A stretch of DNA of 64,000 bases. Source: a virus (taxonomy: Duplodnaviria; Caudoviricetes). Below the pieces are notes generated by a model that had not been told where the DNA came from, searched no databases, and worked only from the letters and a program-made list of their open reading frames with translations. Shown piece by piece: positions 20,595-31,900 of this stretch; position 1 is the first letter of the stretch, and each line of letters starts with the position of its first letter. The stretch is from IMG/VR virus record IMGVR_UViG_3300042344_000673, positions 2,078 to 66,077 of that record, one strand, 5' to 3'. A program made the translations under genes and the position numbers.

Positions 20595-21047
20595 TCAGGC
20601 AGAGAGGTCGAATTCCAAATATTTGTAAGTCAAATCTTGATTTGAAAAAATGTCAGTAAGTTCTTTGAGAATATCTTTCAAAAATGGTCGCACGTCCACT
20701 GTATAACGAACCTTTGGTGGAAATTTTTTTCCGTCAAAAATTCTATGACAAAGTGTCTGTTCTCCGAGTTTGACATAGATATTGAAAACTTCGGGACCAT
20801 CAGTTTGAGAAGTTTCCATGATTTTTGGGTCGTGGATGATTGACTCTTTGTTGTCCATCATGTAAACAACAGTTTTCATCTTTAGGTAGTACTGTAAAGA
20901 TTCTTTTACCGACTTGATAAATTCGTAAAACTCAAGTGAGTTTTTTGCTTCGGGATTGTAACCCCTAACATTGTAATACCTTTGGACTACAATGTTGTCA
21001 TTTAGAGTTAACAGGAACTCCATTTTAATACTGTCTTGTTCTTTCAT
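20595..21047 (-). CDS. Hypothetical protein in replication operon
   Basis: ORF 20595..21086; ATG at 21047 (MKEQDS) after an A-rich leader avoids overlap with the upstream gene. Confidence 0.6.
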   Translation of the reverse strand: MKEQDSIKMEFLLTLNDNIVVQRYYNVRGYNPEAKNSLEFYEFIKSVKESLQYYLKMKTVVYMMDNKESIIHDPKIMETSQTDGPEVFNIYVKLGEQTLCHRIFDGKKFPPKVRYTVDVRPFLKDILKELTDIFSNQDLTYKYLEFDLSA

Positions 21048-21063
21048 GTTTGTTTTATTAAAA

Positions 21064-21795
21064 TTAAAATTTAAAAATTTCTTCAATACCTAATTCTTGG
21101 TTTTTATAAAATATTACCATATGGGGATTTTCAGGAGAATTATCAGTAAAGTAATATAACGCCAAAGATAAACGTTCCAAATTGTCGGGACAATTAAGAG
21201 GAGTTGGGTGTCCGTGAAGAGCATTGTCGATGTCGAAAATAACCGCTCTATTGTATATAGGTTCAATTTCAACTTCTTTTTTCCAAGTTTCTTTATTCCA
21301 TAGTTCGAGATTACCCCCATACTCGGTTACCCAATTTTTATTTAAATAAAGTAATAAATTCAATCTTCTATGTTTTTTTGTACCTGGTTGTAAGTTGTAA
21401 TCTTCATGAATTGATAGTGAACCCCCTTTTTTTATTTTGTGAATTCCTCCACCAATCAAATAAGGGTCCCTGAAAAGATTATCTATACCCGTAAGACTTT
21501 GTAAGAATATTAGAAATTCCTTGGAATTTAGATATTCCATTAGAAGATTTGTTATAGGAAGTTTGTTCTTTATTTCTTGAGCGGTCGTGTCATGGTTTGG
21601 ATAATAAAATTTATTAATCTCATGTTCATTCACCCACTCAGTAGTATTATGAAACCAATCTTGATGGTTTTTGATTTCTTCCAAAACATTATCTAATAAA
21701 AATTCAGATAAAAAATTATCAATTATAATGTGAGGATATGGCTTGGCAGATAAAAACTGTGTTCTTAAATTATTCGCCAAATTTAGGTTTATCAT
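21064..21795 (-). CDS. 2OG-Fe(II) oxygenase (prolyl-4-hydroxylase-like)
   Basis: PYPHIIIDNFL, HxD (HED), LNLLLYLN, GGNLELW, HGH, RxS (RLSLA). Confidence 0.88.
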   Translation of the reverse strand: MINLNLANNLRTQFLSAKPYPHIIIDNFLSEFLLDNVLEEIKNHQDWFHNTTEWVNEHEINKFYYPNHDTTAQEIKNKLPITNLLMEYLNSKEFLIFLQSLTGIDNLFRDPYLIGGGIHKIKKGGSLSIHEDYNLQPGTKKHRRLNLLLYLNKNWVTEYGGNLELWNKETWKKEVEIEPIYNRAVIFDIDNALHGHPTPLNCPDNLERLSLALYYFTDNSPENPHMVIFYKNQELGIEEIFKF

Positions 21796-22784
21796 AATCT
21801 ACGTTTTTCTTTTCTTATAAGTTTCATAAAGGGTCTTAAGAAATTAACCCAAGCTTCGTCATTTTTCGGAAGGTACTTAAAAAGTCCATCTTCCATCATA
21901 AGTCTCATCAAATTTTTATATCCTCTGTCGGTGGGGTCAATTGTGTCAATATGAATTTGTTCGACAAGTGATTTACCATCCTCCGTGATTAAGGGATTAC
22001 TGAGGTCAACAATTTTTTGGTTAACTCTATAAAACTCTTCTCCAAGTATACCATTTTTGGTCCGTCCAGTCAAAATATTTTGAACTGTTTTGGGAACCTT
22101 TTTTTGCCTTATATCTCGTGCGTTATCGAGAATTTCTTGAATAGTGCTTGGTTTATCAAGCAAAAAAGGGAATAATTTGACTAAAGTTTTTTCACCCAAA
22201 CCCTCGATACCATCGATGTTGTCAGATTTATCACCTGTGAAAACTTTTGTAATAGTTACGTTGTAGTGTGGTATATCCACTTTGTTAATAGTAACCTTAT
22301 CTCCGAACTTCAAATACTTCTTTATTACAGGGGAATAAATTGTCACATTTTCTGAAATGAGTTGTGTCAAATCTTTGTCCGCAGAAAAAATTATAATTTG
22401 TTCATCGTTAGCGATTTGACAATAATGAGCAATCAAATCATCAGCCTCGTTGTTTAACATTTCGACTTGTCGAACATAAACTTCTTCCAAATACATTTTT
22501 ACTCTTGCCTTTTGGTTCAGATAAGATTCGTATTTATACTCATTCATGTCTTGTCGACGATTACCCTTGTATTGAGGGTAAATTGATTTACGAATTGATG
22601 AGTTCGAATCTCCATCCCAAAACACAACCACTTTATCGTGATTATGCTCCTCCAAGAATCGTCTAAGTGTATTTATGAAGTGGTATACTCCCCCGATGTG
22701 AGAACCGTCGTTAAAGAGGTCCTTTACCCCGTGAAATCCAATTTTAAATAGGTTGTCCCCATCTACCAACAAAGTCTTTGTCAC
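21792..22784 (-). CDS. 5'-3' exonuclease/flap endonuclease (T4 RNase H, PolA N-terminal type)
   Basis: LLVDGD, YKGNR, EADD, SADKDL, GDKSDNIDGIEGLGEKT. Confidence 0.93.
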   Translation of the reverse strand: MTKTLLVDGDNLFKIGFHGVKDLFNDGSHIGGVYHFINTLRRFLEEHNHDKVVVFWDGDSNSSIRKSIYPQYKGNRRQDMNEYKYESYLNQKARVKMYLEEVYVRQVEMLNNEADDLIAHYCQIANDEQIIIFSADKDLTQLISENVTIYSPVIKKYLKFGDKVTINKVDIPHYNVTITKVFTGDKSDNIDGIEGLGEKTLVKLFPFLLDKPSTIQEILDNARDIRQKKVPKTVQNILTGRTKNGILGEEFYRVNQKIVDLSNPLITEDGKSLVEQIHIDTIDPTDRGYKNLMRLMMEDGLFKYLPKNDEAWVNFLRPFMKLIRKEKRRL

Positions 22785-22807
22785 ATATTCATTTTAAGGG
22801 TGAACAA

Positions 22808-23809
22808 TCAATCTTCTTTTTCTTCTGTTAAAGTGAAATCCCCTTCAGCGCCAATGATATCTTTCCAGTAATCAGCATACTCTTTTTTATAGGATTCGAT
22901 AGAAGCCTTTTCTTCAGCACTGTCCTTTCCCGCTAAGAACCCATGTGGGGTAACAATAATTCTTCCGTCGTCATATCCTAATCCGTTGATATGATTTTTC
23001 ATAACGGACACTTTACTTCTAACGGCAAATTTAACTGAACGTTTGTCTTTGGTTGCTGTAATTTTTGTAGTTCCAGCACCTTTTTGATTTCCGAATAAAA
23101 ACACAAGTGAGGAGTTCAACCATACTGATTCGCCACCTTTCGCTTTAATTTTCGGTTGACCAAATGGATTATCCGGAAGTTCAACCCAAGGTTGATTGAT
23201 AATGATTAGAGTATTCTCGTATTCGGTATCCGCCTTTCTTGAGCCTGAAATTCTTTGATTGATACCCATTCCAATCTTGTCAGATAATACAGAGGCATTG
23301 TGTTGTTTTCCACCTTTACCTTCGTAGGTCATCTTACAAGGGACAGAACCAACAGAGTCCCAAATAAAACAAAGACTATAGTTCAATTCACCTTTTTCTT
23401 GAGCATCTAACAACTCATTGATGTAGTCGGTAATTTGTTCGATATAACTAAAGTTGTTATTGAATAAGAAAAATCCGTCCCAATCCATTTCACCTGTTTC
23501 TTTATCAACGACTTCTTCACATTGGAACCCCATTAATTTTGCGTGGTCGAAGCTCCATTTTTGTTCAGTAATGATGAATACGGGAAGAATCTCTTTTTTC
23601 TGAGCATCAACAGCAGCTTTGATTGCGGCAGTCGTTTTACCTGTATCTGAGTGCCCCAAGAACATATTAATATGTCCAATAGCAGGACCAGGTAGTCCCA
23701 CGGCATCCAAGAAATCTGAACCTAAATCCAAAAATCTTTGGGGTTTATATTTCGCAGAAGTTGAGAACTTCTTTTTTAAATTACTAAAGTCGTTTTTCTT
23801 AATAGCCAT
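22808..23809 (-). CDS. RecA/UvsX-like recombinase
   Basis: GHSDTGKT Walker A, IWDSVG Walker B, IINQ, KGGE, KNH. Confidence 0.9.
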   Translation of the reverse strand: MAIKKNDFSNLKKKFSTSAKYKPQRFLDLGSDFLDAVGLPGPAIGHINMFLGHSDTGKTTAAIKAAVDAQKKEILPVFIITEQKWSFDHAKLMGFQCEEVVDKETGEMDWDGFFLFNNNFSYIEQITDYINELLDAQEKGELNYSLCFIWDSVGSVPCKMTYEGKGGKQHNASVLSDKIGMGINQRISGSRKADTEYENTLIIINQPWVELPDNPFGQPKIKAKGGESVWLNSSLVFLFGNQKGAGTTKITATKDKRSVKFAVRSKVSVMKNHINGLGYDDGRIIVTPHGFLAGKDSAEEKASIESYKKEYADYWKDIIGAEGDFTLTEEKED

Positions 23810-23811
23810 AA

Positions 23812-24024
23812 TTAAAATTCTAAATCGTAATCAATAAAATCGAGTAGGTCATCATCAGGATAATATTCCACCCAAGTATCGTTCACTTTGAGGTAAAAAC
23901 CCCCACCATTCCCATCTTCCCACTTTCTCAATTGGAGTGTATCTCCTTTCTCATTTTCCAATTTAAATTCAAAAGTAACGGATTCGTAAATTTTTTTTGG
24001 TTTTTCTCTTACTTTGAAACTCAT
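23812..24024 (-). CDS. Hypothetical protein
   Basis: 70 aa ORF filling the gap between SSB and RecA. Confidence 0.6.
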   Translation of the reverse strand: MSFKVREKPKKIYESVTFEFKLENEKGDTLQLRKWEDGNGGGFYLKVNDTWVEYYPDDDLLDFIDYDLEF

Positions 24025-24027
24025 AAA

Positions 24028-24058
24028 ATAAAAATAAGGGCGGTTTTTAGCCGCCCTA
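24028..24058 (-). terminator. Intrinsic terminator after SSB
   Basis: Minus strand AGGGCGG-CTAAAAA-CCGCCCT then TATTTTTATTTT. Confidence 0.8.
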
Positions 24059-24067
24059 AGTTATAAA

Positions 24068-24916
24068 TTAGAATGGTAAATCTGTGTCAGCGTCTTGGTC
24101 TGCTTGTGGGTCAACAAGTTTTGAACCTTTGGAACCACCCATTGCCGTTTCTGAAACTTCGTCGTCACCATAAACATAACCACCTTTTTCAGAATCCCAT
24201 TTTGGTGTTTTACCTTCAGCAATTGCTTCAAGATACTCAACAGGTTTTTTACTATAAACGTCAGTCCAAGTTAACTCATCAGATAACCATGCTTTAGCTT
24301 GGTCTTTATCTTCAGAGATTGGTGCTGGGTCGTCATACATAATAGCAGAAACTGTTGTGTATTCTTTACCTTTTGGAGTTTTAGATTTAGCCAACTCGAT
24401 GATTAAGTCACGACCTTTATCAGGGTCAGTGATATCCCCCTTATTTCTCCAAATTGGAATAATCTTATCTAAGATACCTTCGTTCTTATAGTTGTGTTTG
24501 AATCTCCAAAACTTTGGGCCGTCTTGTTCATTGTCACGGTCAATAACTTTAACGATATAGAACTTACGTGACTTATATTGTTTAGCTAATTCTTTGTCAG
24601 ATTCTTTACCTGTACTCATTAGCTCTTCGTAAACTTCGTTCAAAGGTGAACGTTCATTGTCATTTTTTCCTGGGTCGTAGAACTTTTGCCATTGACCACC
24701 AACTTGGATTTCATGATACCAAGCCTCTTTAAATGGTGAAGAACCATCTGCTGTTGGAAGGATACGAATTTTACGTTGTCCTGATTTCTCTTTATCACCA
24801 AGGATTAAAGCGAAATACTTTTTCATTCTTTCGTCTTGCGACATTCTTGATTGGGCCCCGCCCCCTGTTTGATTTTTTTCATACTGTGCCAATACGGCGT
24901 CTAATACATTACTCAT
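24068..24916 (-). CDS. Single-stranded DNA-binding protein (T4 gp32-like)
   Basis: IRILP, WYH, FYIVKVIDR, DITDPDKGRDL, acidic tail DADTDLPF. Confidence 0.85.
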   Translation of the reverse strand: MSNVLDAVLAQYEKNQTGGGAQSRMSQDERMKKYFALILGDKEKSGQRKIRILPTADGSSPFKEAWYHEIQVGGQWQKFYDPGKNDNERSPLNEVYEELMSTGKESDKELAKQYKSRKFYIVKVIDRDNEQDGPKFWRFKHNYKNEGILDKIIPIWRNKGDITDPDKGRDLIIELAKSKTPKGKEYTTVSAIMYDDPAPISEDKDQAKAWLSDELTWTDVYSKKPVEYLEAIAEGKTPKWDSEKGGYVYGDDEVSETAMGGSKGSKLVDPQADQDADTDLPF

Positions 24917-24938
24917 TGTTTAAGTTTTAAATGTTTAT

Positions 24939-24970
24939 TAAATATAATTGGGATTTCCCTATTTGTCAAA
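24939..24970 (-). promoter_or_regulatory. Host-polymerase-type promoter for SSB/RecA operon
   Basis: TTGACA-N17-TATATT; also reads TTTG-N20-TATATTTA, near the Bacteroidota TTTG/TAnnTTTG consensus. Confidence 0.7.
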
Positions 24971-24973
24971 TTG

Positions 24974-24997
24974 AAAAGGGACCTTTCGGTCCCTTTT
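24974..24997. terminator. Intrinsic terminator hairpin
   Basis: AAAAGGGACC-tttc-GGTCCCTTTT perfect 10 bp inverted repeat, GAAA loop on minus strand. Confidence 0.85.
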
Positions 24998-24998
24998 A

Positions 24999-25652
24999 TT
25001 ATTTTTTAAACTCGAAACTGTCAGATGTTTGACTACCAGGTTGAAATGAATTTTTTATATCATTAACATTTATATCTGTCACTTCATCTGAAGTTAGGAC
25101 ATAATCATGTTTACCTGTTTTTTCCATATCTTCTTTTTTATCTTCAAAAAAATCTGAAAGTTTTTGGTTGAATGGATATGAGTCGTATGTTCTAAGTTCT
25201 AACTTTTCTTGTGGAGTTTTCTCTCTGTATTTCTCAATTTTGTTTTCAAGCGAATTCAATTTAGACATTATTGAATCCATTTCAGCTAATTTGGATTCCA
25301 ATGTTGAAAGTTGATTGAATAGATTTTGGAAATACTCTTCTTGTTTAGTTTCAATATTTTTCTGAGAATCTACCAAGTCAGTAATTTCTAATTCTTCGGT
25401 ATCACCACCCTTTTCCTCTGAATCACCTTTATCATCTATCTTTTCAACGTCGGGGTCATTCTCCACATCTATCGGTTCAGCGGTCGCTGGTTTGGGTTCC
25501 CCTTCTGCTGCTGGTGCCTCTGCTGGAGGTGCCTCACCTGATGGTGCTTCCTCACCTGGCACCGGTAGAATCTCAGCGGCTTGCTCGGTTATATATTGAT
25601 TGATACTTTTGTATCTTTCGATTTCACTTATAATTTTTAAATCTAAACTCAT
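24999..25652 (-). CDS. Acidic Pro/Glu/Ala-rich coiled-coil protein, possible head core/scaffold-type protein
   Basis: PGEEAPSGEAPPAEAPAAEGEP low-complexity tract plus heptad coiled coil. Confidence 0.5.
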   Translation of the reverse strand: MSLDLKIISEIERYKSINQYITEQAAEILPVPGEEAPSGEAPPAEAPAAEGEPKPATAEPIDVENDPDVEKIDDKGDSEEKGGDTEELEITDLVDSQKNIETKQEEYFQNLFNQLSTLESKLAEMDSIMSKLNSLENKIEKYREKTPQEKLELRTYDSYPFNQKLSDFFEDKKEDMEKTGKHDYVLTSDEVTDINVNDIKNSFQPGSQTSDSFEFKK

Positions 25653-25656
25653 TTTG

Positions 25657-25881
25657 TTAATCGTTTAAAAGTTGTTTTATCCCTCTTGCGGTTTCAACTC
25701 TTACTTTTCTATTCAAAGTCTGCATATGCCCAGCTCTTTCAATCAAACCATCTCTTTCTCTCACAACGTAACAATCACCAGTTTCTAAATCACAAACTTG
25801 TTTTGTTCCGTCTCCTAAATCTTGCTCAGTATATTTAACTGATTTTCCAAGATAGTTGTTCAATACTGTTTTTAAATCCAT
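25657..25881 (-). CDS. Hypothetical protein
   Basis: 74 aa ORF with two TATTTAT motifs upstream. Confidence 0.65.
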   Translation of the reverse strand: MDLKTVLNNYLGKSVKYTEQDLGDGTKQVCDLETGDCYVVRERDGLIERAGHMQTLNRKVRVETARGIKQLLND

Positions 25882-25925
25882 AAAATATATTTCCTATAAA
25901 TATACAATAGTTAGATAAATATCAA

Positions 25926-28900
25926 CTATGCCGTGTATGTAAAGTTAGTTGTGGAATTAATCGGGTTCGGTGTGGATGAGCTAGTTATTTGGATAGGACC
26001 TGAGACAGGTAATGCTCCAACTCTTGGGGGAACAGAAAATTTGATTTTTTTGGTATTAATAAATTGAAGTGTTCTCTTGTCCACTAATGAGCCAGCAACA
26101 GTAATTGTTTTTACAAATTGTAAAGCGTCTCCCTCTAAGGTTATAATATCACCTTCCTTACCACTTGTAGGACTGAATGATGTTATTAGGGTTAATGGAC
26201 AAACCGGAGATGCGGGAGTCTGTGTATTTAAACTGTTTGGATTAGACGGCACTGGTGACTCAAAAATAGAAAGTGTAGTTTTAATTCCAACACTTTGAGC
26301 ACTTTTTTCCGCCTGTTCTAGTACAGGACCAAACTCCCTGTTATAATAATCAGAGAAAGTTTCAAAATACTCTTCAGATATATTGGACTGTGGGAAAAAA
26401 CATATGTAGTACTTCAACATTCCGACTTGAGCTCTTTCTTTATTTGGAGTTAAAATAGCAATCATAAAATCAATATATGCGTCGAGAGTTTGGAATAGGG
26501 CAACAGGCATTGATTTTTTTTGACTTACAGTTGTAAGATTAACACAAGTATAAACCCCTTGTATCATGAACTGAGTTGGTCCTGCGTAATTGAAGTCCAA
26601 AGTTATATTACCCAAGTTGTTTCCGAAAGCACTAAACTGACCTGAAGGATTTCCGCTTTTAGCGTACGTCCTAACATAAGAAATCATATAAATCATTGTT
26701 TGTAACAACGAGTCATTCGGTAATTTCTCCTTAAGTTTAGCTGCGAACTGGGTTGGTGTTACTCCGCTAAGTAGATTTGTAGAACTTGTGGACTGCCAGT
26801 TAGCGTAGGCAGCATTTAGGTTTTCGGCACAAGAATTTTCAGCGGCTGCTGAATTATCATCAGCATTTTTAATTAGTTGGAACGAACGAGCAATTTCCGT
26901 TACGTCGGCATTTTTAGTCGCGGCTTTTTGTTGAAGAACAAGAGCTTCAATTTTTGAAATCAAATTTGAATTAACCTTTTGTAAATAATTTTCAATTGAA
27001 GGTAAATCATAGATTGACTGTCTTGTTCCTTTGAAAGTAGTTTGGAATGAACCTGGTGTAATAGAATGACTTACTTCTGTAATCATGTAAGGTCCGTTGA
27101 ACATTGGTACGTGCCTTAGATTAAAGTACATCATTGGTTGTATAAGAGCGTTTCCTAAACATGTTATTTCCGCCGAGTAACTTCTCTTTTTATAGTAGTT
27201 GTAAAGGCTAACATTTTGTGTACCAGTATTTCTCGTTTTTGATAAATTAATCATATCTAACAATGCTTGTATAGATTCCGATGTTGCCAACCCTGGGTCT
27301 TGAGCAACGGTAATCTGAGAAAATACATTCTGATTCCTTATACCCATATCAACGTTGAAACCAACACACTTGTTAGATTGAACGTAGTCTCTAGCAGATT
27401 TTCCTGATAAATCTTCAATTAACGGTACTTCAGAAACTCTTCTTAAATCAAATGAATCGTCACCGTAACCAGTCTCTGTTGATGGTAACTGAACGTGTTC
27501 TGAAGGTTTACCAACAAAGAAACATACAAACTTAGGAGTTGCCTTCCTATAATCAACAACATTATAAGTTCCCCAAAGTTGGTCACCGAACTCTAATGAG
27601 CCTTGAGGGTTCGGAACCGTTAGCCCCTCAACGTCTTGAATATTATAGAAATTAACATAGGCCGGTAGTGGCATAACCGTAAAGTTATTTTGAATCAAAA
27701 GTCCACTGATTAAAGTAAACACACTCATACCTTCATTGAGAGCGTTTTTGTTAATCATATTTTTTACCCCAAATATATCAAGTATAACGGTGTCCCCGAT
27801 ATTTCTTGACGCTCTATCCAAGAATAAGAAATCTTCGAACAACGTGGTTGTTTTGTAATCCGCACCAGAAATCCATTTATCATTAATCGATTGGAACAAT
27901 GTATACAACTCCAATCTAGCTTGCTCACCTACCAACGGTGCGGGTGCTTGTGGAGTAGGTAGTTCACTTTGATTTGGAAGATTTTTCTGGGTCAAAACTA
28001 TAACCTCACGGAGAAATCTATTTTGGAGTGTTTCCAAACTATTGATGTATGTTCTAAGATTTGTTTTGAAGGTTTGTGAATTCAGGTTTGCGTTTTGAAG
28101 TTTCTGAGTAGCATAAATCTTAATAAGTTGTGAAAGTATTGTGATGTTATCTACGGTAAAACTTATGTTGTTGTCCACAAAGAAATCCGTTATGTATGAC
28201 CCTTGGTCTGTATATGTCAAACCCGGAATTGTTGAAAACCCTACTTGTGTTTCTAACTGTCTCCAAGCGGCCAAATTGGCAGTTCTCGATTGAGCCAATG
28301 TAGTTGTTCCATTTGCTGTTGGTAATGAACCATCAACATAAGGTAGGAATGGAATCGGTTGAACCAAAGTGGGTTGTGCCTCTTGCCATGACAGATAAGA
28401 TTCCCAAATTCTACGATTGAAATTCGATGGGTTCCCATTTCTTAAAATAACATCATATTCCATGATAGATGTTACCTGTGATTTAAAATTATTGTATTGA
28501 TTTTCAATCACGTTATTGAAATATGTGTCCATAGAGTCCCCCGATAACTTCGGTGACACTTTCATAACACTTGTCATGAATGATTGAAAATTTCTGGCAG
28601 TAGCATCTATTTGAACTAACTGTTGACCAATCTGAGAATTGACTATACCATAATTTATATCGGTACTCGGATTAGTATAATTTAAAAACTCTTTCTCTAT
28701 GATATCCAATGTTTTTGAATCAAACACTGAAAATATTTCCTCGATTTTTGAATAGTCAGTAAACCTTAAATCTAAGGGTGAAACATTCTCAGCGTCAGGC
28801 TGAATCTTGGTTAAATACGAGTCTGGGTTTGGTTTTGTAACAAGACTGTTGTCAAAGTATCCATAGTTTGAGGCCGACCACAAAAACCTAGCACTACCAT

Positions 28901-31900
28901 TGTACATAGCGTTGTTGTCAGTAAGATTCTTAACCGTCACGGGAGCCGTGTTTAAGTTACTCACACACTCTACCGCCGCTTGATTCAAATTACAACCAAA
29001 TGAGGGTAAAATGAAATAATCAACATTTTCAACAGTCGGGTTCGGAGGTAAGCAGTTGGTTGGGTCAGTAAAGTTGTTCTTTACAGTACCTGGTACAACA
29101 GCTGACCATGTTGTAAGGTTCAGAGTGTTAGAACCCTGTTGAGCCCCAACTATATTAGAACCATCATAATTGTTATAAAGTAATAACCCAGCAGATATTG
29201 AGGACTGAATCTCTGCGTCTGTATAGTTAACATATAAATCTTGACCCGTATAAAAATAATATAAGTCATTATACAACTTCGGGTAGAATCCTGTTTGAAT
29301 ACTTATGTTACTTGTAGTATCATCCTGAAGAACAACAGATGTAGTGTTAGCGTCTCTGTTAACCTTGAATTGATATTGTTTCAGTTTTGAATTTGTTTTT
29401 GGGTCATAGTTACCAACGTAGTCCCAATCTTTCCAAACGGAAGTTAAAATATCGGTGCTAGAGTTTACAAAAGTTTTATATCTATGCCAAGCAGCACCCA
29501 ACTTTAAAACCCAAACGTACGGGACCTTATGTATAGCACCAAATTTATTGAAACAAGATGCAATATAATCCAACTGTTCCGTTTGGTTGTAGGTTTTATA
29601 TCTTTCCCGAAGCGTTCCAACAGGAAGTGACATTAGGAATAGATATGCGGCTTTCAAATACGGGTTATTTTTATCGTTCCTTTGATTGTCAACACCTTCT
29701 TGTATCGCATTCAAAAAATAAGGCGTATTAAGAATTGATGTTGTTGTTTGGTTAGGAAGAATTCTCGTTGGAGAATCTGACGTTGTGAATCCCTCTGTGG
29801 GTATAAAAGTAGTTATCCTATTTGGACTGTTTTCGTAATAAGCTCGAAGGTTTGATGAAACCAAAGTTTGTGTTGTTGAAAGAATATCAGGTAGAGTGGT
29901 ATCGTAATATGAAAAATTTGTGACAGGTCTCGCTGTTTTGTAATCGAAAATATTGTTGAAATTGGATATTTGGTCTCTCGGGTCATAAACCGTTAAAACT
30001 TTATTAGTATTATAAACTTCATCGAAAGAGGCGTCGGTACCAAGAGCCATATTGGATTGTACCCAACCCAAATCTGTAAATGGATATGTGTCAACAATTA
30101 TTGGAGCGTTCGTATTTGTACTACCAACTAACTCTTGAAGAGGTGTTAAAGGTAAGTTCTTTTGTGGTTCGGGTCCGATTTGAGTTATCTTGATGATAGA
30201 AAAAGGATTCTCTGTGTAAGTCTTCAAATATGAAGTGACAAATCTGTCGGACGCAAATTGTAACCAACTTTGACCTGTACCTTGATTAGATATTTGCTCA
30301 AGAAAAGCAGGATATGTTTGTGGTGTTAATAATGTGTTCTTCAACTTGTACGACAAATATGGAGAACTGACTCCTAACGATAAAATTATATTACTTGCCT
30401 CAGTATCTCTATTCAAGTTAGTCAACTGATTAAGTTGATTTTCATTAGCCCTTATGAAACCCAAGTAATGACTACTTACAATCTGTCTTTCATAAATTTC
30501 ATAAAAGAAAGGTATCTCTATCTTATTTGAATAACTAAGAACGGGGGATGGAAAATATAGAGGATTATAATTTGTGATGAACGTTACTCCATTAACGTCA
30601 ATAGGGCTTTGTGAGACAGGTGGGTTGAACTTCTGAGCCAGTCCCTTAACATATTCTTCAACAAATTCTACTTCCGGCCAAATCTGAGAATTAAGTCCCT
30701 TTGTAAAATTAACGACAGATGGGCTAGCCAGATACTGAAGTTGGAATCTTCCTTTTTTGAAATCGGTACTTTCCTGATAGAACGTTGGCCAAGGATAGAC
30801 AGGTTCTTGTGATGTAACCAATCCTTGATTGTCGTTTTGCGCTGTGGCAGTGAGGGCGACGTTTCTATTATTCTCCAAATTGTTAGCTGAAGATGGATTG
30901 TTTCTCACAACCAACCTCCTTACGTCATTATCCTTTACAGCCCAAGCATTCGTATGGACATCTTCTAAAAGTCTTATAAATCCCTCAGCGGTCGCCATAA
31001 TGACAGCTATTATGTTCCTCACCGTGGGTATAAATCCAATTCCGTTTGATTGTTCTTGGATTATTGCTCTCAATTCTTCTGTGATAGCTTGTTCAAATTG
31101 TTGTAGTTTTTTACCCGCCTCAGTATCAAGTTTTTGAATCGTTTCTGTAAATCTTCCCTGACCCTCGAAGACAAAATAGGTTTTCGGTATTTCTTTTTTT
31201 GTTGCCCCATCTATTAAGGGTTTGTTTTTTGCTTCGAAATCTTCTGTCACTTTTCTGATTTGTTCATCAGTTGGTGAGGTAACCCCAAAGAAGGATTGTG
31301 CTGTCTTATTGAAATCTATAACATCTTTAGTAAGACTTACCGCAATCATGTCATAACTTATGTTATTAAGTTTGATTTGTTCTGGTTTACCCTTCCCAAG
31401 AGTTGGGTTGTCGTTCAATATAGCATTATATTGTGTAATCAGATTTTGAAGGTTGGTTATTGCCGCAAACTCAAAACTGATGTTACCTAAAATATTTTCT
31501 TGGAACCTATAAACATTTGTATTGTCCTTAAGAACAATCGGTTTCGGGTTCAAGTATCTTCCATACCAACTTGTACCTGCTGTTCTTACCTTATCAAAAT
31601 AAGCAGCCAATGATAATCTGTAGTTTTTTATGTTCGTTAAGGGCTCGATGTTCGCCGCAGGATAAGAGTTAGCAATGAGTTGCTCAAACGTATCCAACTT
31701 GTTCATTAATTGAACTAGAGTTAGTTCAGGAAAATCAGGGACGATAAGTCCCTTACTTTTATATTCCTTATATACTTCAACAATTTTTTGATAACCTTTC
31801 TCACTGACCAAACTTTCTGTAACTGTGTTCTGATTACTGTTAGATGTATTTTGGTTTCTTGTAATTGTTGTTGAGTTTTGTTTTTCTAAATTAGCATTCG

